Below are positions 1-10,605 of a stretch of 64,000 bases of DNA, in pieces. Below the pieces are notes generated by a model that had not been told where the DNA came from, made no database searches, and worked only from the letters and a program-made list of their open reading frames with translations. Source of the DNA: a virus; the IMG/VR virus record IMGVR_UViG_3300033143_001219, positions 17,106 through 81,105 of that record; one strand, written 5' to 3'. The position numbers and the translations under genes were made by a program. Within the stretch, counting starts at the first letter, position 1. Each line of letters opens with the position of its first letter.

Positions 1-1
1 T

Positions 2-1108
2 CTAGAATTACTAGATGTTTCAGATGATATTGATAATTTAATAGCTACAGAAGCATTAAAAGATCAATTTACACAAGATGAAACATTAAATCAATTATCT
101 ACTTTTGTAGATAAGATACCTACATATGATACCGTGGAAGTTAAAGAAGAATTAGCTAACATACTATTAGACCTTGAACAAAAAACAGAAACTTCAGAAG
201 AAATATTTTTAATGAATGATATATTCGTTATAGATAATGAAGAAGTTCACAGTAGAGTTACATTGGGATTAAACAATAATTTTGATGCAATTACAGGGGG
301 TCTATCTTTAACTGAATTAATCATGATAGGCGGACATAGAGGCTCTGGAAAAACTGTTGCTGCTTGTAACATTGCCGTTAACCAATATGAACAAGGAAAT
401 GTAGGACTATTTTTCTCTATCGAAATGCGATACAGAGAGATATTTAATAGATTTATATCTATATTATCCGATGTAGATAACAACAAATTAAGAAATATGC
501 GCTGTAATCTAGATGATTACATGAAGATTGCAAATACTAGAAGCAACATGTTTGTTGACAGTGAGGAAGTATTACAAGATTATATAAAACATAGAGACTA
601 TGAAAAATTTGAAATAGATTTAGTAAAGTCTAAACGACTGAAATCAGATAGCCAATTAATTATTGTAGATAATCAATCATTAACTATGGCTGATATTGAT
701 TTGAATATCACTAAGTTTAAAATGCAGTTTGGAGACAAGCTAAAGGTTGTTATAGTTGACTATGTAAATCAGATACAAACACCAGACATATTTGATTGGA
801 AAAATCAAATATCAATGTCTAAAGGATTAAAATCATTAGCTAGGAAGCATAACATTGTTATGGTTACACCGTATCAAACAGATACATCTGGTGAAGCTAG
901 ATTTGCAAAGGGATTACTAGATGCGGCAGACGTAGCTGCAAACTTAGAAGCCTCTGATGATTACATAACATTTACAAGTACAAAAACTAGGAATATTGCT
1001 CCATTTCAATTCAACTCTCCAATAAACTGGGATAGTTTTGCAATGTCATCAACGGATGCAGTGCTAGAAAGTGCAGATGGAGAGAAACCAGAAGATACTC
1101 CAATTTAA
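2..1108 (+). CDS. DnaB-like replicative helicase (5' truncated by window edge)
   Basis: Frame is open from position 2. Walker A GGHRGSGKT, FFSIEM, VIVDYVNQI and VTPYQ motifs; lies upstream of primase and polymerase as in T5. Confidence 0.9.
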   Translation, partial: LELLDVSDDIDNLIATEALKDQFTQDETLNQLSTFVDKIPTYDTVEVKEELANILLDLEQKTETSEEIFLMNDIFVIDNEEVHSRVTLGLNNNFDAITGGLSLTELIMIGGHRGSGKTVAACNIAVNQYEQGNVGLFFSIEMRYREIFNRFISILSDVDNNKLRNMRCNLDDYMKIANTRSNMFVDSEEVLQDYIKHRDYEKFEIDLVKSKRLKSDSQLIIVDNQSLTMADIDLNITKFKMQFGDKLKVVIVDYVNQIQTPDIFDWKNQISMSKGLKSLARKHNIVMVTPYQTDTSGEARFAKGLLDAADVAANLEASDDYITFTSTKTRNIAPFQFNSPINWDSFAMSSTDAVLESADGEKPEDTPI

Positions 1109-1122
1109 AAGGAAATTAAATT

Positions 1123-1596
1123 ATGTTTATTACACAAACAAAATATAGCAATATGAAAGATAGAATTACTAATCTTGAAGGTCAAGTAGAAGCACTTCAC
1201 GTAGATAAAGTATTAGAACGAGATAAAAAATTAGCAGAAATAGGTAATCTAGATGATAAAATAATTCACCTAGAAAAGTCAAAAAGAAAATTACAAAACG
1301 ATGTAGATGATAAAGTAGCTGAAAATAAAAGAGCTGAAGAGAATATAAAACATAAAGTTAAAATTGTAATGGAAAAGCATGACCTAGAAGTAGCTCAGAA
1401 GAAACAAGACCTTGTAGTAGAAAAGAATGATGAAGTTGCTAGCCTTAAAGATAAGTTTAGGGATAAGCGTGAGAAACAATTAGAATTACAAGGCAGTGAA
1501 ATGAAAGGTATGTATACTGAAATGATGAAAATCTTAACTAGTGTTCAAGGGACTATAACTGCCCCAACAGGTGCCCGTCATGGCAATAGCGACTAA
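1123..1596 (+). CDS. Coiled-coil hypothetical protein
   Basis: AAGGA RBS; K/E/L-rich heptad-like sequence. Confidence 0.7.
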   Translation: MFITQTKYSNMKDRITNLEGQVEALHVDKVLERDKKLAEIGNLDDKIIHLEKSKRKLQNDVDDKVAENKRAEENIKHKVKIVMEKHDLEVAQKKQDLVVEKNDEVASLKDKFRDKREKQLELQGSEMKGMYTEMMKILTSVQGTITAPTGARHGNSD

Positions 1597-1822
1597 TTAT
1601 CCACAACCTTATACAGGCGTAGGTGGAGGCGCGGGTACAAGTACATTTACAGGTACTACTTGGTATAATCATTACGCTTTTGATGTATATAATAATAGAT
1701 ATGTAGCAGAAAATAATATTATATTAGCTTATGACCCGGCAGCACCCGCAACTCCTAAGAAGAAAACTTTTGAAGAGAAAATGCAAAAAGAAGTTGATGA
1801 TTGGTTAAGTATATTTAATTAA
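1580..1822 (+). CDS. Hypothetical protein
   Basis: ORF overlaps the previous stop and fills the gap to primase; ATG at 1580 preferred over GTG at 1571. Confidence 0.55.
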   Translation: MAIATNYPQPYTGVGGGAGTSTFTGTTWYNHYAFDVYNNRYVAENNIILAYDPAAPATPKKKTFEEKMQKEVDDWLSIFN

Positions 1823-1834
1823 AGAGAAATTATA

Positions 1835-2710
1835 ATGGACGTTAGAACTTTATTAGAAGATAAAGGTATTGTATTTAAATCTCAAGGAAGAGATTATGTT
1901 ACTAAGTGCTTAAATCCAGAACATGAAGATAGTAATCCCTCTATGAGAATTGATAAGATCTCAGGATTGTTTGGCTGCTTTAGTTGTGGTTTTGGTGGTG
2001 ACATATTTGATTACTATAATATTAATAAAGAGAAGTTTATTGATATTAAAGTAGCTGAAGTAAAGGATAAAATACAAAATCTACTGGCACAAAAATCAAT
2101 TCCGATGCCATTAGATGCAATACCTTTCAAAGAAGATTTTAGGAATATTAAGGGAAGTACATATGAGTTATTTGGTGCTTTCACCACAGAATCCTTATAT
2201 GGTATGGAAGGTAGATTAGTATTTCCAATTAAGGATATTCAAGGAAATATAATAGCGTTTCAAGGAAGATATATGTACTCGGATTTAGACCCTAAGTACA
2301 AATTCTACCCAGAACATACTACAGTACAGTTTCACCCCATGATACCTAAGCCTATAGATAATAGTATTATTTTAGTTGAGGGTATATTTGATATGATAAA
2401 CTTATGGGATAAAGGATTGCATAATGCAGTTACTTCATTTGGTATTAGTTTAGGGACTGTTAAGAGGCATAAGAAGAAGGCTCTAGTTGCTAGTAGATTT
2501 AATGTATTTAAACTGCAAGGCATTGAGACTATATGGATAATGTATGATGGTGATAAACGTGGTAAAGATGCTGGTGAAGGTTTGAAAGAAACTTTACAGC
2601 AAGATAGAAAATTCTTTGTAGATACAATAGATTTACAAGAAGGAATGGACCCAGGTGAATTTACATTGGATGAAGTTAAAGGATTAAGAGTACAATTGTA
2701 TGGCGAATAA
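1835..2710 (+). CDS. DNA primase (DnaG-type)
   Basis: CHC2 zinc finger CLNPEH...CFSC; TOPRIM motifs LVEGIFD and YDGD. Confidence 0.93.
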   Translation: MDVRTLLEDKGIVFKSQGRDYVTKCLNPEHEDSNPSMRIDKISGLFGCFSCGFGGDIFDYYNINKEKFIDIKVAEVKDKIQNLLAQKSIPMPLDAIPFKEDFRNIKGSTYELFGAFTTESLYGMEGRLVFPIKDIQGNIIAFQGRYMYSDLDPKYKFYPEHTTVQFHPMIPKPIDNSIILVEGIFDMINLWDKGLHNAVTSFGISLGTVKRHKKKALVASRFNVFKLQGIETIWIMYDGDKRGKDAGEGLKETLQQDRKFFVDTIDLQEGMDPGEFTLDEVKGLRVQLYGE

Positions 2711-4895
2711 TATTGCAGTAGTAGAGAAGTACCCATCAAATTATAATTACGAGGCATTACTACCTTTTGATTTTGATAGATTATCTCTAGTAGATGAAAG
2801 AATGGATAAAGTACTAAAACGAGATATTACTTTAGATATTGACCTAGTTAAGGAAGAATATGAATATATAATACTTATTGGAAAGGAACCCAGTAAGTTT
2901 GTAGGTAACATATCTTCTGTCACAGAATATCAAGGATACTTGTTAGATGATAAGTTCTTAGCTTTAATGAACCCCGTAGCGGTAGCTTTGCGACCCTCAC
3001 TAAAAACAGCCTTTGATAAGTCTGTTAATGATATAATTATAACTATAACTAAGGGTGAACTAGTACTACAGAATGTAGATGTTACACCACTTGAAACTGA
3101 AAGTGATATATTAAAGTACTTAGATGAAGTTATTGAGTACAATCCTGAGTTTATTGCAATGGATACAGAAACCTCAGCATTATACCCTAGAGATGGGTAT
3201 GTACTAGGTATATCTATGACACACAGAGATAATCAAGGTGTATACATAGATAGTATGGTTGTATCGGATAAAGTAGTTGAAAAGCTACAATATATATGTA
3301 ATAAATTTAAAATAGTATTTCATAATGCTAAGTTTGATATCAAGATGCTTGCATATCATTTTGGATTAGTATTCCCAGACTGGGATGATACAATGCTTCT
3401 ACATTTTGATTTAGATGAAAATAGTCCACATGGATTAAAACATCTAGCTATTAAGTATACTAACTTAGGTGATTATGATGCTGAGTTAAACAAATTTAAA
3501 ATACAGTATTGTAAAGATCATAATATTAAAAGAGCAGACTTTACTTATGATTTAATACCTTTCCATATTATGTTTCCTTATGCAGCTAAAGATACAACCG
3601 CTACTTTTGAACTATATCAAAAGTTTATGCCACTTATTGCTAAAAATACTAGACTTAAGTATGTATACGATGATTTATTAGTAAAGGGTACTAAGTTTCT
3701 AATAGATGTTGAAGAGACTGGGATTCCTATCAATAAGGAACTTATAGAGTTTCATATTATAAGAGTAAGTGATGAAATAAAAGTATTAACAGCTTCATTA
3801 TATGAACATGATGAAATAAAGAAAGTAGAAGAAATTAAGAAGAAATTATTTAATGTTAATAGTACACATGATTTAAGAGCACTATTCTTTGATATATTAG
3901 ATATGCCTTATACTAAGCTGACTGATACAGGGCAGCCAAGTACAGATGCAGAAGTGTTAGAAGAACTATCTACTACACACCCTATTGCTAATATAATTAA
4001 TAAAATTAAGAAGCTTAAAAAGATTAAATCTACCTACCTAGAAAAGATGTTACAAGGTTGTGACATGGATGGTAGACTAAGAACAGGATTTAACTTACAT
4101 ATAACTACATCTGGGAGACTAAGTTCATCTGGAAAGATTAATGCTCAACAATTACCTAGAAAGGATAAGACACCTAAACTTTGTATAGAAGCTAAGGAAG
4201 GTTTCAGTATTGTGAGTCAGGATTTGAAAACAGCGGAAATGTATATTGCCGCAGTATTATCTGGAGATAAAAACTTACAGAAAGTATTTATAGATAAGCA
4301 AGATTATCACGGAACAATGGCAGTTATGAAGTTTGGGTTAACTTGTAAACCAAATGATGTTGCAAAGTTATTTCCAGATTTAAGACAAGCAGCTAAAACT
4401 GTTTCGTTTGAAATTCTATACAAACTAAATTATAGAGAGCCAGCATTAGAGAAGTTTAAAAGGCTTAAGCGCTGGTTACAAGAACAAGAAGAGTGGATTA
4501 AAGATAAAGGATATATCTATTCAGCCTTCGGTAGAAAACGCAGAGTATCTGACGTATTCTCACCAAATAGAAAAGAAGCACAACATCAAGTAAGAAGTGC
4601 AATTAACTTCTTAGTACAAAGCGTATCTAGTGATGTTAATCTATTGGCAGGAATTGAAATGCAAGAATGGATTGTAAAGAATGGATATACTGAACAAATG
4701 AAAATATTTGGTTTAGTACATGACTCAATCTTAGCAGAAGTTAAAAATGAATATATTGATATGTATTTAGAAAAACTGGCTTACTTTACCCAGATGGATA
4801 GAGGAGTTTCAATTCCAAACAGTCCTATAGGATTAGATATCGAGATTGGCAGTAGTTACGCATTTACTGATGAGAATTACAAATATGCAGCCTAA
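2700..4895 (+). CDS. pol: Family A DNA polymerase with 3'-5' exonuclease (T5-type)
   Basis: Exo motifs DTET, FHNAKFD, YAAKD; TTSGRLSS; motif A QDLKTAE; altered motif B RQAAKTVSFEILY; motif C LVHDS. Confidence 0.95.
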   Translation: MANNIAVVEKYPSNYNYEALLPFDFDRLSLVDERMDKVLKRDITLDIDLVKEEYEYIILIGKEPSKFVGNISSVTEYQGYLLDDKFLALMNPVAVALRPSLKTAFDKSVNDIIITITKGELVLQNVDVTPLETESDILKYLDEVIEYNPEFIAMDTETSALYPRDGYVLGISMTHRDNQGVYIDSMVVSDKVVEKLQYICNKFKIVFHNAKFDIKMLAYHFGLVFPDWDDTMLLHFDLDENSPHGLKHLAIKYTNLGDYDAELNKFKIQYCKDHNIKRADFTYDLIPFHIMFPYAAKDTTATFELYQKFMPLIAKNTRLKYVYDDLLVKGTKFLIDVEETGIPINKELIEFHIIRVSDEIKVLTASLYEHDEIKKVEEIKKKLFNVNSTHDLRALFFDILDMPYTKLTDTGQPSTDAEVLEELSTTHPIANIINKIKKLKKIKSTYLEKMLQGCDMDGRLRTGFNLHITTSGRLSSSGKINAQQLPRKDKTPKLCIEAKEGFSIVSQDLKTAEMYIAAVLSGDKNLQKVFIDKQDYHGTMAVMKFGLTCKPNDVAKLFPDLRQAAKTVSFEILYKLNYREPALEKFKRLKRWLQEQEEWIKDKGYIYSAFGRKRRVSDVFSPNRKEAQHQVRSAINFLVQSVSSDVNLLAGIEMQEWIVKNGYTEQMKIFGLVHDSILAEVKNEYIDMYLEKLAYFTQMDRGVSIPNSPIGLDIEIGSSYAFTDENYKYAA

Positions 4896-5388
4896 GACAT
4901 GGTCAGATATTAATTTTCCCATATTCGTTATAACACCAAATTATAAGAGAATATGGGATGAATTTAATGTTAAGTATATAGAAACCGAAAGTGGAACATA
5001 TGTACTTGACAATATGAACATGACTGGAGACACATTAGGCGAGCGAAGATTACAGATTAGAAACAGTTTGCGATACATCCCTCGCAAAGCATACTACAAT
5101 ATTACGCAGCTCATAAAAAGTAATAACAAGACGTATATCGACAACACAGGATGTGTATTTACTTATAAGAAAACAAGGATGGTTCCTTTAAAGTATTACA
5201 AAGTCATGGATGTAGTTAGCACGGAGGAGGGGTGTATCCTTTTAATTAAGGGTATAAACTTTAGAATTAGAACCCACTGTAGAGAAGCCTATAATATTAA
5301 TTATGTAGGTTTATTAATTGTAGCTAACAATTATATTCTCTATGATACAAGTGAAGTAAAGAAGAAGGATACAATTAGGAAAATATAA
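4885..5388 (+). CDS. Conserved T5-like hypothetical protein between polymerase and D10
   Basis: Syntenic position; ATG at 4885 overlaps the end of the polymerase gene. Confidence 0.7.
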   Translation: MQPKTWSDINFPIFVITPNYKRIWDEFNVKYIETESGTYVLDNMNMTGDTLGERRLQIRNSLRYIPRKAYYNITQLIKSNNKTYIDNTGCVFTYKKTRMVPLKYYKVMDVVSTEEGCILLIKGINFRIRTHCREAYNINYVGLLIVANNYILYDTSEVKKKDTIRKI

Positions 5389-5390
5389 GT

Positions 5391-6650
5391 ATGAAAGCAG
5401 TATTAAGTAACAGAATATATTTAACTAGGACTCCTGAGTTACACAATAGTTTAATTGAAGAACTAACATATAGATTGCCACCTAAGAAACCGGGCAATCC
5501 CTATGAAATAGAATGTGATGTAACTAGAATCAATAAAGATATACTAACAATACCCTCAGGTAGGTTAGACTTAATACCTAAAGATTACGAAGTAGTAGAT
5601 AAACGTACGTTGAATCCAACTACGTTTCCTGAGTTTAAATTTACACTAAGAGAATCCCAGCAAGAGATATATGATTTAGTAGATGATAATTGTATGATAA
5701 TTGCTAACCCTAGTTATGGTAAAACATTCACGGCTATTTCAATTGCTACAAAGCTAAAGCAGAAAACTTTAATCATAGTACATACTAAATTTCTATTAGA
5801 ACAATGGGTAGATGAAATAAATAAAACTTTAGGCATTAAAGCTGGTATAGTAGGTGTAGGTAAGTTTAAAATTGATTCTCCTATAGTTGTAGCATTATTT
5901 CAAACATTGCGAAATAAAGGCCACACCATAAGTAAAGAGTTTGGTACTGTAATAGTAGATGAAGTACATCATACACCAGCTAAAGTCTTTAAAGGTATTG
6001 TTGATAAGTTTAATGCACGATATAAAATAGGGCTAACAGCGACACCTTGGCGCAAAGATGGCAGACATGTAATGTTGGCAGATTACTTTGGAATGAAGGA
6101 ATACAACCCTAAAGACGAGAATGAATTAACACCTAGTGTGATAATGGTTGAGTCAGGCATTAAGTTTGATTCTTCACCTATGACCCCTTGGGCTAATAAA
6201 GTGAATGAATTAGTTAATAATACAAATTACTTAGAACTAGTACTAAATCTAGCACAAATTCAGGCTCAGCGTGGACACAAAGTGTTAGTAGTAGCTGATC
6301 GTACCGAATTTCTCGAGACTTGCGCCGACGTCCTAGATAATTCGATGTGCATTATAGGAAACACAGAAGACAGAGATTTCTTAGGTAGTGGAAAAGATAT
6401 ATGTTTTGGTTCTATTAAAATATTTGCAGAGGGTGTAAATATGCCACCTCTCAGTTGCTTAATAATAGCAAATCCACTTAACAATAGAGGCTTGCTAAAA
6501 CAGCTAATAGGTAGAATAGCGAGACCGTGTGAGGGGAAGAAAAACCCTGAAATAATAGATATTATACTAACTGGTAAGACTGGTAAAAATCAAGCAGCAC
6601 AAAGAATAAGCTATTATACAGAGAAAGGATATAAAATTAAATACATATGA
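5391..6650 (+). CDS. Superfamily 2 helicase (T5 D10-like)
   Basis: PSYGKT, DEVHH, GLTATP and QLIGRIAR motifs. Confidence 0.92.
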   Translation: MKAVLSNRIYLTRTPELHNSLIEELTYRLPPKKPGNPYEIECDVTRINKDILTIPSGRLDLIPKDYEVVDKRTLNPTTFPEFKFTLRESQQEIYDLVDDNCMIIANPSYGKTFTAISIATKLKQKTLIIVHTKFLLEQWVDEINKTLGIKAGIVGVGKFKIDSPIVVALFQTLRNKGHTISKEFGTVIVDEVHHTPAKVFKGIVDKFNARYKIGLTATPWRKDGRHVMLADYFGMKEYNPKDENELTPSVIMVESGIKFDSSPMTPWANKVNELVNNTNYLELVLNLAQIQAQRGHKVLVVADRTEFLETCADVLDNSMCIIGNTEDRDFLGSGKDICFGSIKIFAEGVNMPPLSCLIIANPLNNRGLLKQLIGRIARPCEGKKNPEIIDIILTGKTGKNQAAQRISYYTEKGYKIKYI

Positions 6651-7075
6651 TAAGATATAATTGGGAAGTAATTAAAAAGTATACAGAATGTAAACCCGAA
6701 TTAGTAATTGATTATTTTAAAAATATATATGTACTAAAAGGCGAAATGTATTCATACATGCAAGCAAATAAGTATGCTAGAAATATAGTTAGAAGTAAAG
6801 AAATTAAATCAAGTTATTTATTACATATAGATAGCTTAATTAAAAATGATGCTAAGGCAACACTCACAGAGCAGTTTATATACTTAGACTTAGCTAGTAT
6901 GAGGGATGCCTTTTCATTATTTAATAGCAAGGGTCGTAAACGCTATCTGCACGAATGGGAGATAGCGGGTAATTACGATATTAAAAAACTAGAAATAAAC
7001 AAATTGTTAAATATAAGTGACAAGAAAATTTATTTTATTTATGAAGAAGGAGATGACTATGGGAATGGCTTTTAA
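6647..7075 (+). CDS. Hypothetical protein (T5-like position between D10 and D11)
   Basis: ATGA overlap with the D10 stop; synteny. Confidence 0.65.
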   Translation: MIRYNWEVIKKYTECKPELVIDYFKNIYVLKGEMYSYMQANKYARNIVRSKEIKSSYLLHIDSLIKNDAKATLTEQFIYLDLASMRDAFSLFNSKGRKRYLHEWEIAGNYDIKKLEINKLLNISDKKIYFIYEEGDDYGNGF

Positions 7076-7733
7076 TGCCTCTAATGGCGCAGCAAAGAAA
7101 AGTGGTTTAGATTATATTAAATTAGAATTAGGTGAGAACAAATTTAGAATGGTAGGTGAGTTACTTGCCCGCTATTGCTATTGGAAGAAAATGGGTGATC
7201 ATAACATCCCTGTTGAATGCTTAGCATTTGATAGAGATAAGGAAAGGTTTACTAATGTAACTCAGGATTGGTTTAGACATTATTACCCAGATCAAAAATG
7301 TGTATGGTCTTACGTTATTCAAGTAATTGATAGCAAGGACGGTAAACTAAAGTTAATGGGATTAAAGAAAAAGTTATTTGACCAGATTATGGACTTAGCA
7401 AATGATTTAGGTGATCCTACTGACCCAATTAATGGTTGGGATGTTATTGTAGATAAAAAGAAAACAGGCCCTCACATCTTTAATATAGAGTACAAATTAA
7501 AAGAACGCTCTATTGAAAAACGTGAATTAACTGATGATGAGAAAGAGGCTATAAAAGATATCAAATCTATTGATGATTTAATACCCCGTCCAGATGCAGA
7601 AGAACAAAAAGCATTTATTGAACAAAATTGGGTTAATAAGCAAGAAGAAAATACTGATAGTGAAGCTATTGATGAATTTGATGCTGCCGAAAAACCTAAA
7701 AAGGATACTTTTGACGACGACATCCCGTTCTAA
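7059..7733 (+). CDS. Single-stranded DNA-binding protein (T5 D11-like)
   Basis: Acidic C-terminal tail FDDDIPF; LGDPTDP motif; AAGGAG RBS 6 nt before ATG at 7059. Confidence 0.85.
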   Translation: MGMAFNASNGAAKKSGLDYIKLELGENKFRMVGELLARYCYWKKMGDHNIPVECLAFDRDKERFTNVTQDWFRHYYPDQKCVWSYVIQVIDSKDGKLKLMGLKKKLFDQIMDLANDLGDPTDPINGWDVIVDKKKTGPHIFNIEYKLKERSIEKRELTDDEKEAIKDIKSIDDLIPRPDAEEQKAFIEQNWVNKQEENTDSEAIDEFDAAEKPKKDTFDDDIPF

Positions 7734-7756
7734 TAAAACCTAGCGTTTATTTATAG

Positions 7757-7787
7757 TGAGAGAGGCTAATAACCTCTCTCATTTTTT
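7757..7787 (+). terminator. Rho-independent terminator
   Basis: TGAGAGAGG-ctaataa-CCTCTCTCA followed by T6. Confidence 0.8.
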
Positions 7788-7838
7788 AACTTATGAAAAC
7801 TAAAACACAAAAAGATTTAAAACAACTTGGAAATACTT

Positions 7839-8789
7839 ATGAAAATACTCTTCTCCGCGGATCATCACATAAAATTAGGTCAAAAGAACGTGCCAAAAGA
7901 GTGGCAAAAGAAAAGATATAGTATGTTATGGAAGAAGCTACACGAGCTTGAGGCAGAGTGTGATATTCATATTATGGGTGGAGATATCTTTGATAAGATA
8001 CCTAATCCTGAAGAAATATCAATGTACTTTGAATTTATAGTTGGTTGTAATATACCTACATTTATATATGATGGAAATCATGAGGCACTTAAGAAAGGCC
8101 ACACATTCCTAAAATATCTAGAGCAAGCCAGTAATGATATAAATAATAATGTTCACATTATTGACGGTATATATGAAATTGGAGATATAGATATCATTCC
8201 TTATACATGCCTAAAAACTTTCAATCCTAAAGACTTCAATAATAAGATTCTATGCACACATGTTAGAGGTAATATTCCTCCCTATGTTATAGAAGAAGTT
8301 GATTTAGAAAAATTTGATGGTTGGGAAGTTGTGCTTGCAGGTGATCTACACTCTTATGAAAACAGTCAAGGTAATATACTATATCCAGGTAGTCCTTTAT
8401 CAATTACATTCCATAGAAATAAAATAGATAATGGAGTGATTATATTTGATACTGAAACAATGGAACATGAGTTTATACCTTTAGGCTTGCCACAATTACT
8501 AAGAAAAACAGTAGATAATAAAGACGATGTTATTCCCACGGAATATGATCATACTATCTACGAAATTACTGGTAACCTATTAGAGTTATCAGATATAGAT
8601 ACTACATCTGAATTTATAGATAAAAAAATAGTAAATAAGAAAAATGATAGTGTACTTAATCTAAAAGATATTACATTAGAGAAAGAGCTAGATTTATACT
8701 TAACAATTATTTTAAAGTTTTCAGCAGAAGAAGTAGTATCAGTACTAAAGGTTTTCAATGATTATACTAAAGAATTTGACATGGAGTAA
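7839..8789 (+). CDS. SbcD/Mre11-like metallophosphoesterase nuclease (T5 D12-like)
   Basis: ADHH, GGDIFD, GNHE, GDLH and YPGSP motifs. Confidence 0.92.
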   Translation: MKILFSADHHIKLGQKNVPKEWQKKRYSMLWKKLHELEAECDIHIMGGDIFDKIPNPEEISMYFEFIVGCNIPTFIYDGNHEALKKGHTFLKYLEQASNDINNNVHIIDGIYEIGDIDIIPYTCLKTFNPKDFNNKILCTHVRGNIPPYVIEEVDLEKFDGWEVVLAGDLHSYENSQGNILYPGSPLSITFHRNKIDNGVIIFDTETMEHEFIPLGLPQLLRKTVDNKDDVIPTEYDHTIYEITGNLLELSDIDTTSEFIDKKIVNKKNDSVLNLKDITLEKELDLYLTIILKFSAEEVVSVLKVFNDYTKEFDME

Positions 8790-10605
8790 CTGGTTCTCAT
8801 ATGGTGAAGATAACTATATAGATTTAGAAGAGACTCCATTAATGCAGATATCAGGTAAAAACGGTAGTGGTAAAAGTTCTATACCTTTAATAATAGAAGA
8901 AGTATTATATGGTAAAAATCATATAGGTAAGAGAAAGCAAACTTTAGTTAATAGATATATAAAAAATCCTATCCTTACAGCAGAATTAAACTTTTCAAGG
9001 GATGAGGTAGATTATAAAGTGAAAATTTCTCGAAAAAGCACCGTGAAAATACAATTTTTTCGTGAAAATGAGGATTTATCATCACATACATCAACCAATA
9101 CGTTCAAGTCAATACAAGAGGTTTTAGGTATTGATTTCAAAGTATTCGTTCAACTTATATACCAAAGTTCAAAAATTAACTTAGAGTTCTTAGAGGCTAC
9201 AGATACTAATAGGAAGAAATTCCTTATTAGCTTATTTAAGCTACATAAATACTTAGAGATACATGAAGTATTTAAGAAAGCTGAGAGTGGTATTAATAAT
9301 GAAGTATTAATACTATCAAGTAAGTTAAGTACTATTGAAGCTTGGATAACTAAGCATATTAATAAAGAGTTAATACATATAGATACCAAAGAACTACCAG
9401 AAGTTAATAAGGATGATATAGATAAATTAGCAGTATTTAAAGTTGAATTATTAAATATTAAAGATACCAATACAAAAATAAATAAAAATAATGAATATAA
9501 AAACTTATTAAAAACATTAGATTTAAGTGCTCTTTCTTATGTAGGTGAAGTACCAAATGATAAGGATAAGCATGAAGAGTACAGAAGATTAGGTCAACAT
9601 AAACTGACTGAAATTAAAACTAAAATTAAAACACATAAAAATAGTATTGATAAGGTAAAGAGATTTGAAGACAGGTGTCCTACTTGTGCTCAAGATATAA
9701 CAGAAGATTTTAAAAATAAACTGATACATACTGATCAACGTAATATATCAGACCTAGAGACTGACGCCTCTATAGTTAATAAAGCTATAAAAGATGTTGA
9801 AGATAAGTTAAAAAATTATCAGCAAATAGCTAATAAGGTAAAAGAACGTGAAAGGGTATCAGATGATTTCTCTACACTACAAAATTTAGTTGATAATTCA
9901 ATATTAAGTGATATAATGGTTGAGGGTGATATACTAAAAAATATAACTGCGCTAGAGACTAAACTTAGAAATATTACTGAAGATATTAAACGCATATCTA
10001 CTTTTAATAACAAAGCTGAAAGTAATAATTCGACTGTTAAAGTTATAACTGCACAGCTAGAAGAGTACAAATTACAAGCAGAAGATGTACGTGAACAATT
10101 ATATGAAATAGAAGAACAGAAAAATAAATTAGGCATACTTAAAAAGGCTTTTAGCACAAATGGACTGTTGAATTATAAATTGGATTATTTAATAAAAGAC
10201 TTAGAGTTACAAATTAACTCTTATTTACAAGAATTATCTTCAGGGAAATTCCAAATAGTATTTATATTACAGGAAGAAAAACTTAATATAGAGATATTGG
10301 ACGAAGGTGCATCTATAACTATTGAAGAACTATCAGCAGGTGAACTAGCACGTATCAATACAGCAACACTGTTAGCTATACGGAAGTTAATGTCTGCAAT
10401 ATCTTCAACAAAGCTTAATATCTTATTTTTAGATGAGGTAATGGGAGTTCTAGATGAAGAAGGCAAAGAAAAGCTAATAGAAGTATTACTGAAAGAGAAG
10501 GACTTAAATACGTTTTTAGTTAGTCATGAGTATTCACATCCATTAATCCCTAAGATAAATATAATAAAGGAAAATAAAATAAGTAGGATAGATAATGGTA
10601 GATAG
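8758..10605 (+). CDS. SbcC/Rad50-like SMC ATPase (T5 D13-like)
   Basis: GKNGSGKS, CPTC zinc hook, LSAGE signature, FLDE, VSH. Confidence 0.93.
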   Translation: MIILKNLTWSNWFSYGEDNYIDLEETPLMQISGKNGSGKSSIPLIIEEVLYGKNHIGKRKQTLVNRYIKNPILTAELNFSRDEVDYKVKISRKSTVKIQFFRENEDLSSHTSTNTFKSIQEVLGIDFKVFVQLIYQSSKINLEFLEATDTNRKKFLISLFKLHKYLEIHEVFKKAESGINNEVLILSSKLSTIEAWITKHINKELIHIDTKELPEVNKDDIDKLAVFKVELLNIKDTNTKINKNNEYKNLLKTLDLSALSYVGEVPNDKDKHEEYRRLGQHKLTEIKTKIKTHKNSIDKVKRFEDRCPTCAQDITEDFKNKLIHTDQRNISDLETDASIVNKAIKDVEDKLKNYQQIANKVKERERVSDDFSTLQNLVDNSILSDIMVEGDILKNITALETKLRNITEDIKRISTFNNKAESNNSTVKVITAQLEEYKLQAEDVREQLYEIEEQKNKLGILKKAFSTNGLLNYKLDYLIKDLELQINSYLQELSSGKFQIVFILQEEKLNIEILDEGASITIEELSAGELARINTATLLAIRKLMSAISSTKLNILFLDEVMGVLDEEGKEKLIEVLLKEKDLNTFLVSHEYSHPLIPKINIIKENKISRIDNGR

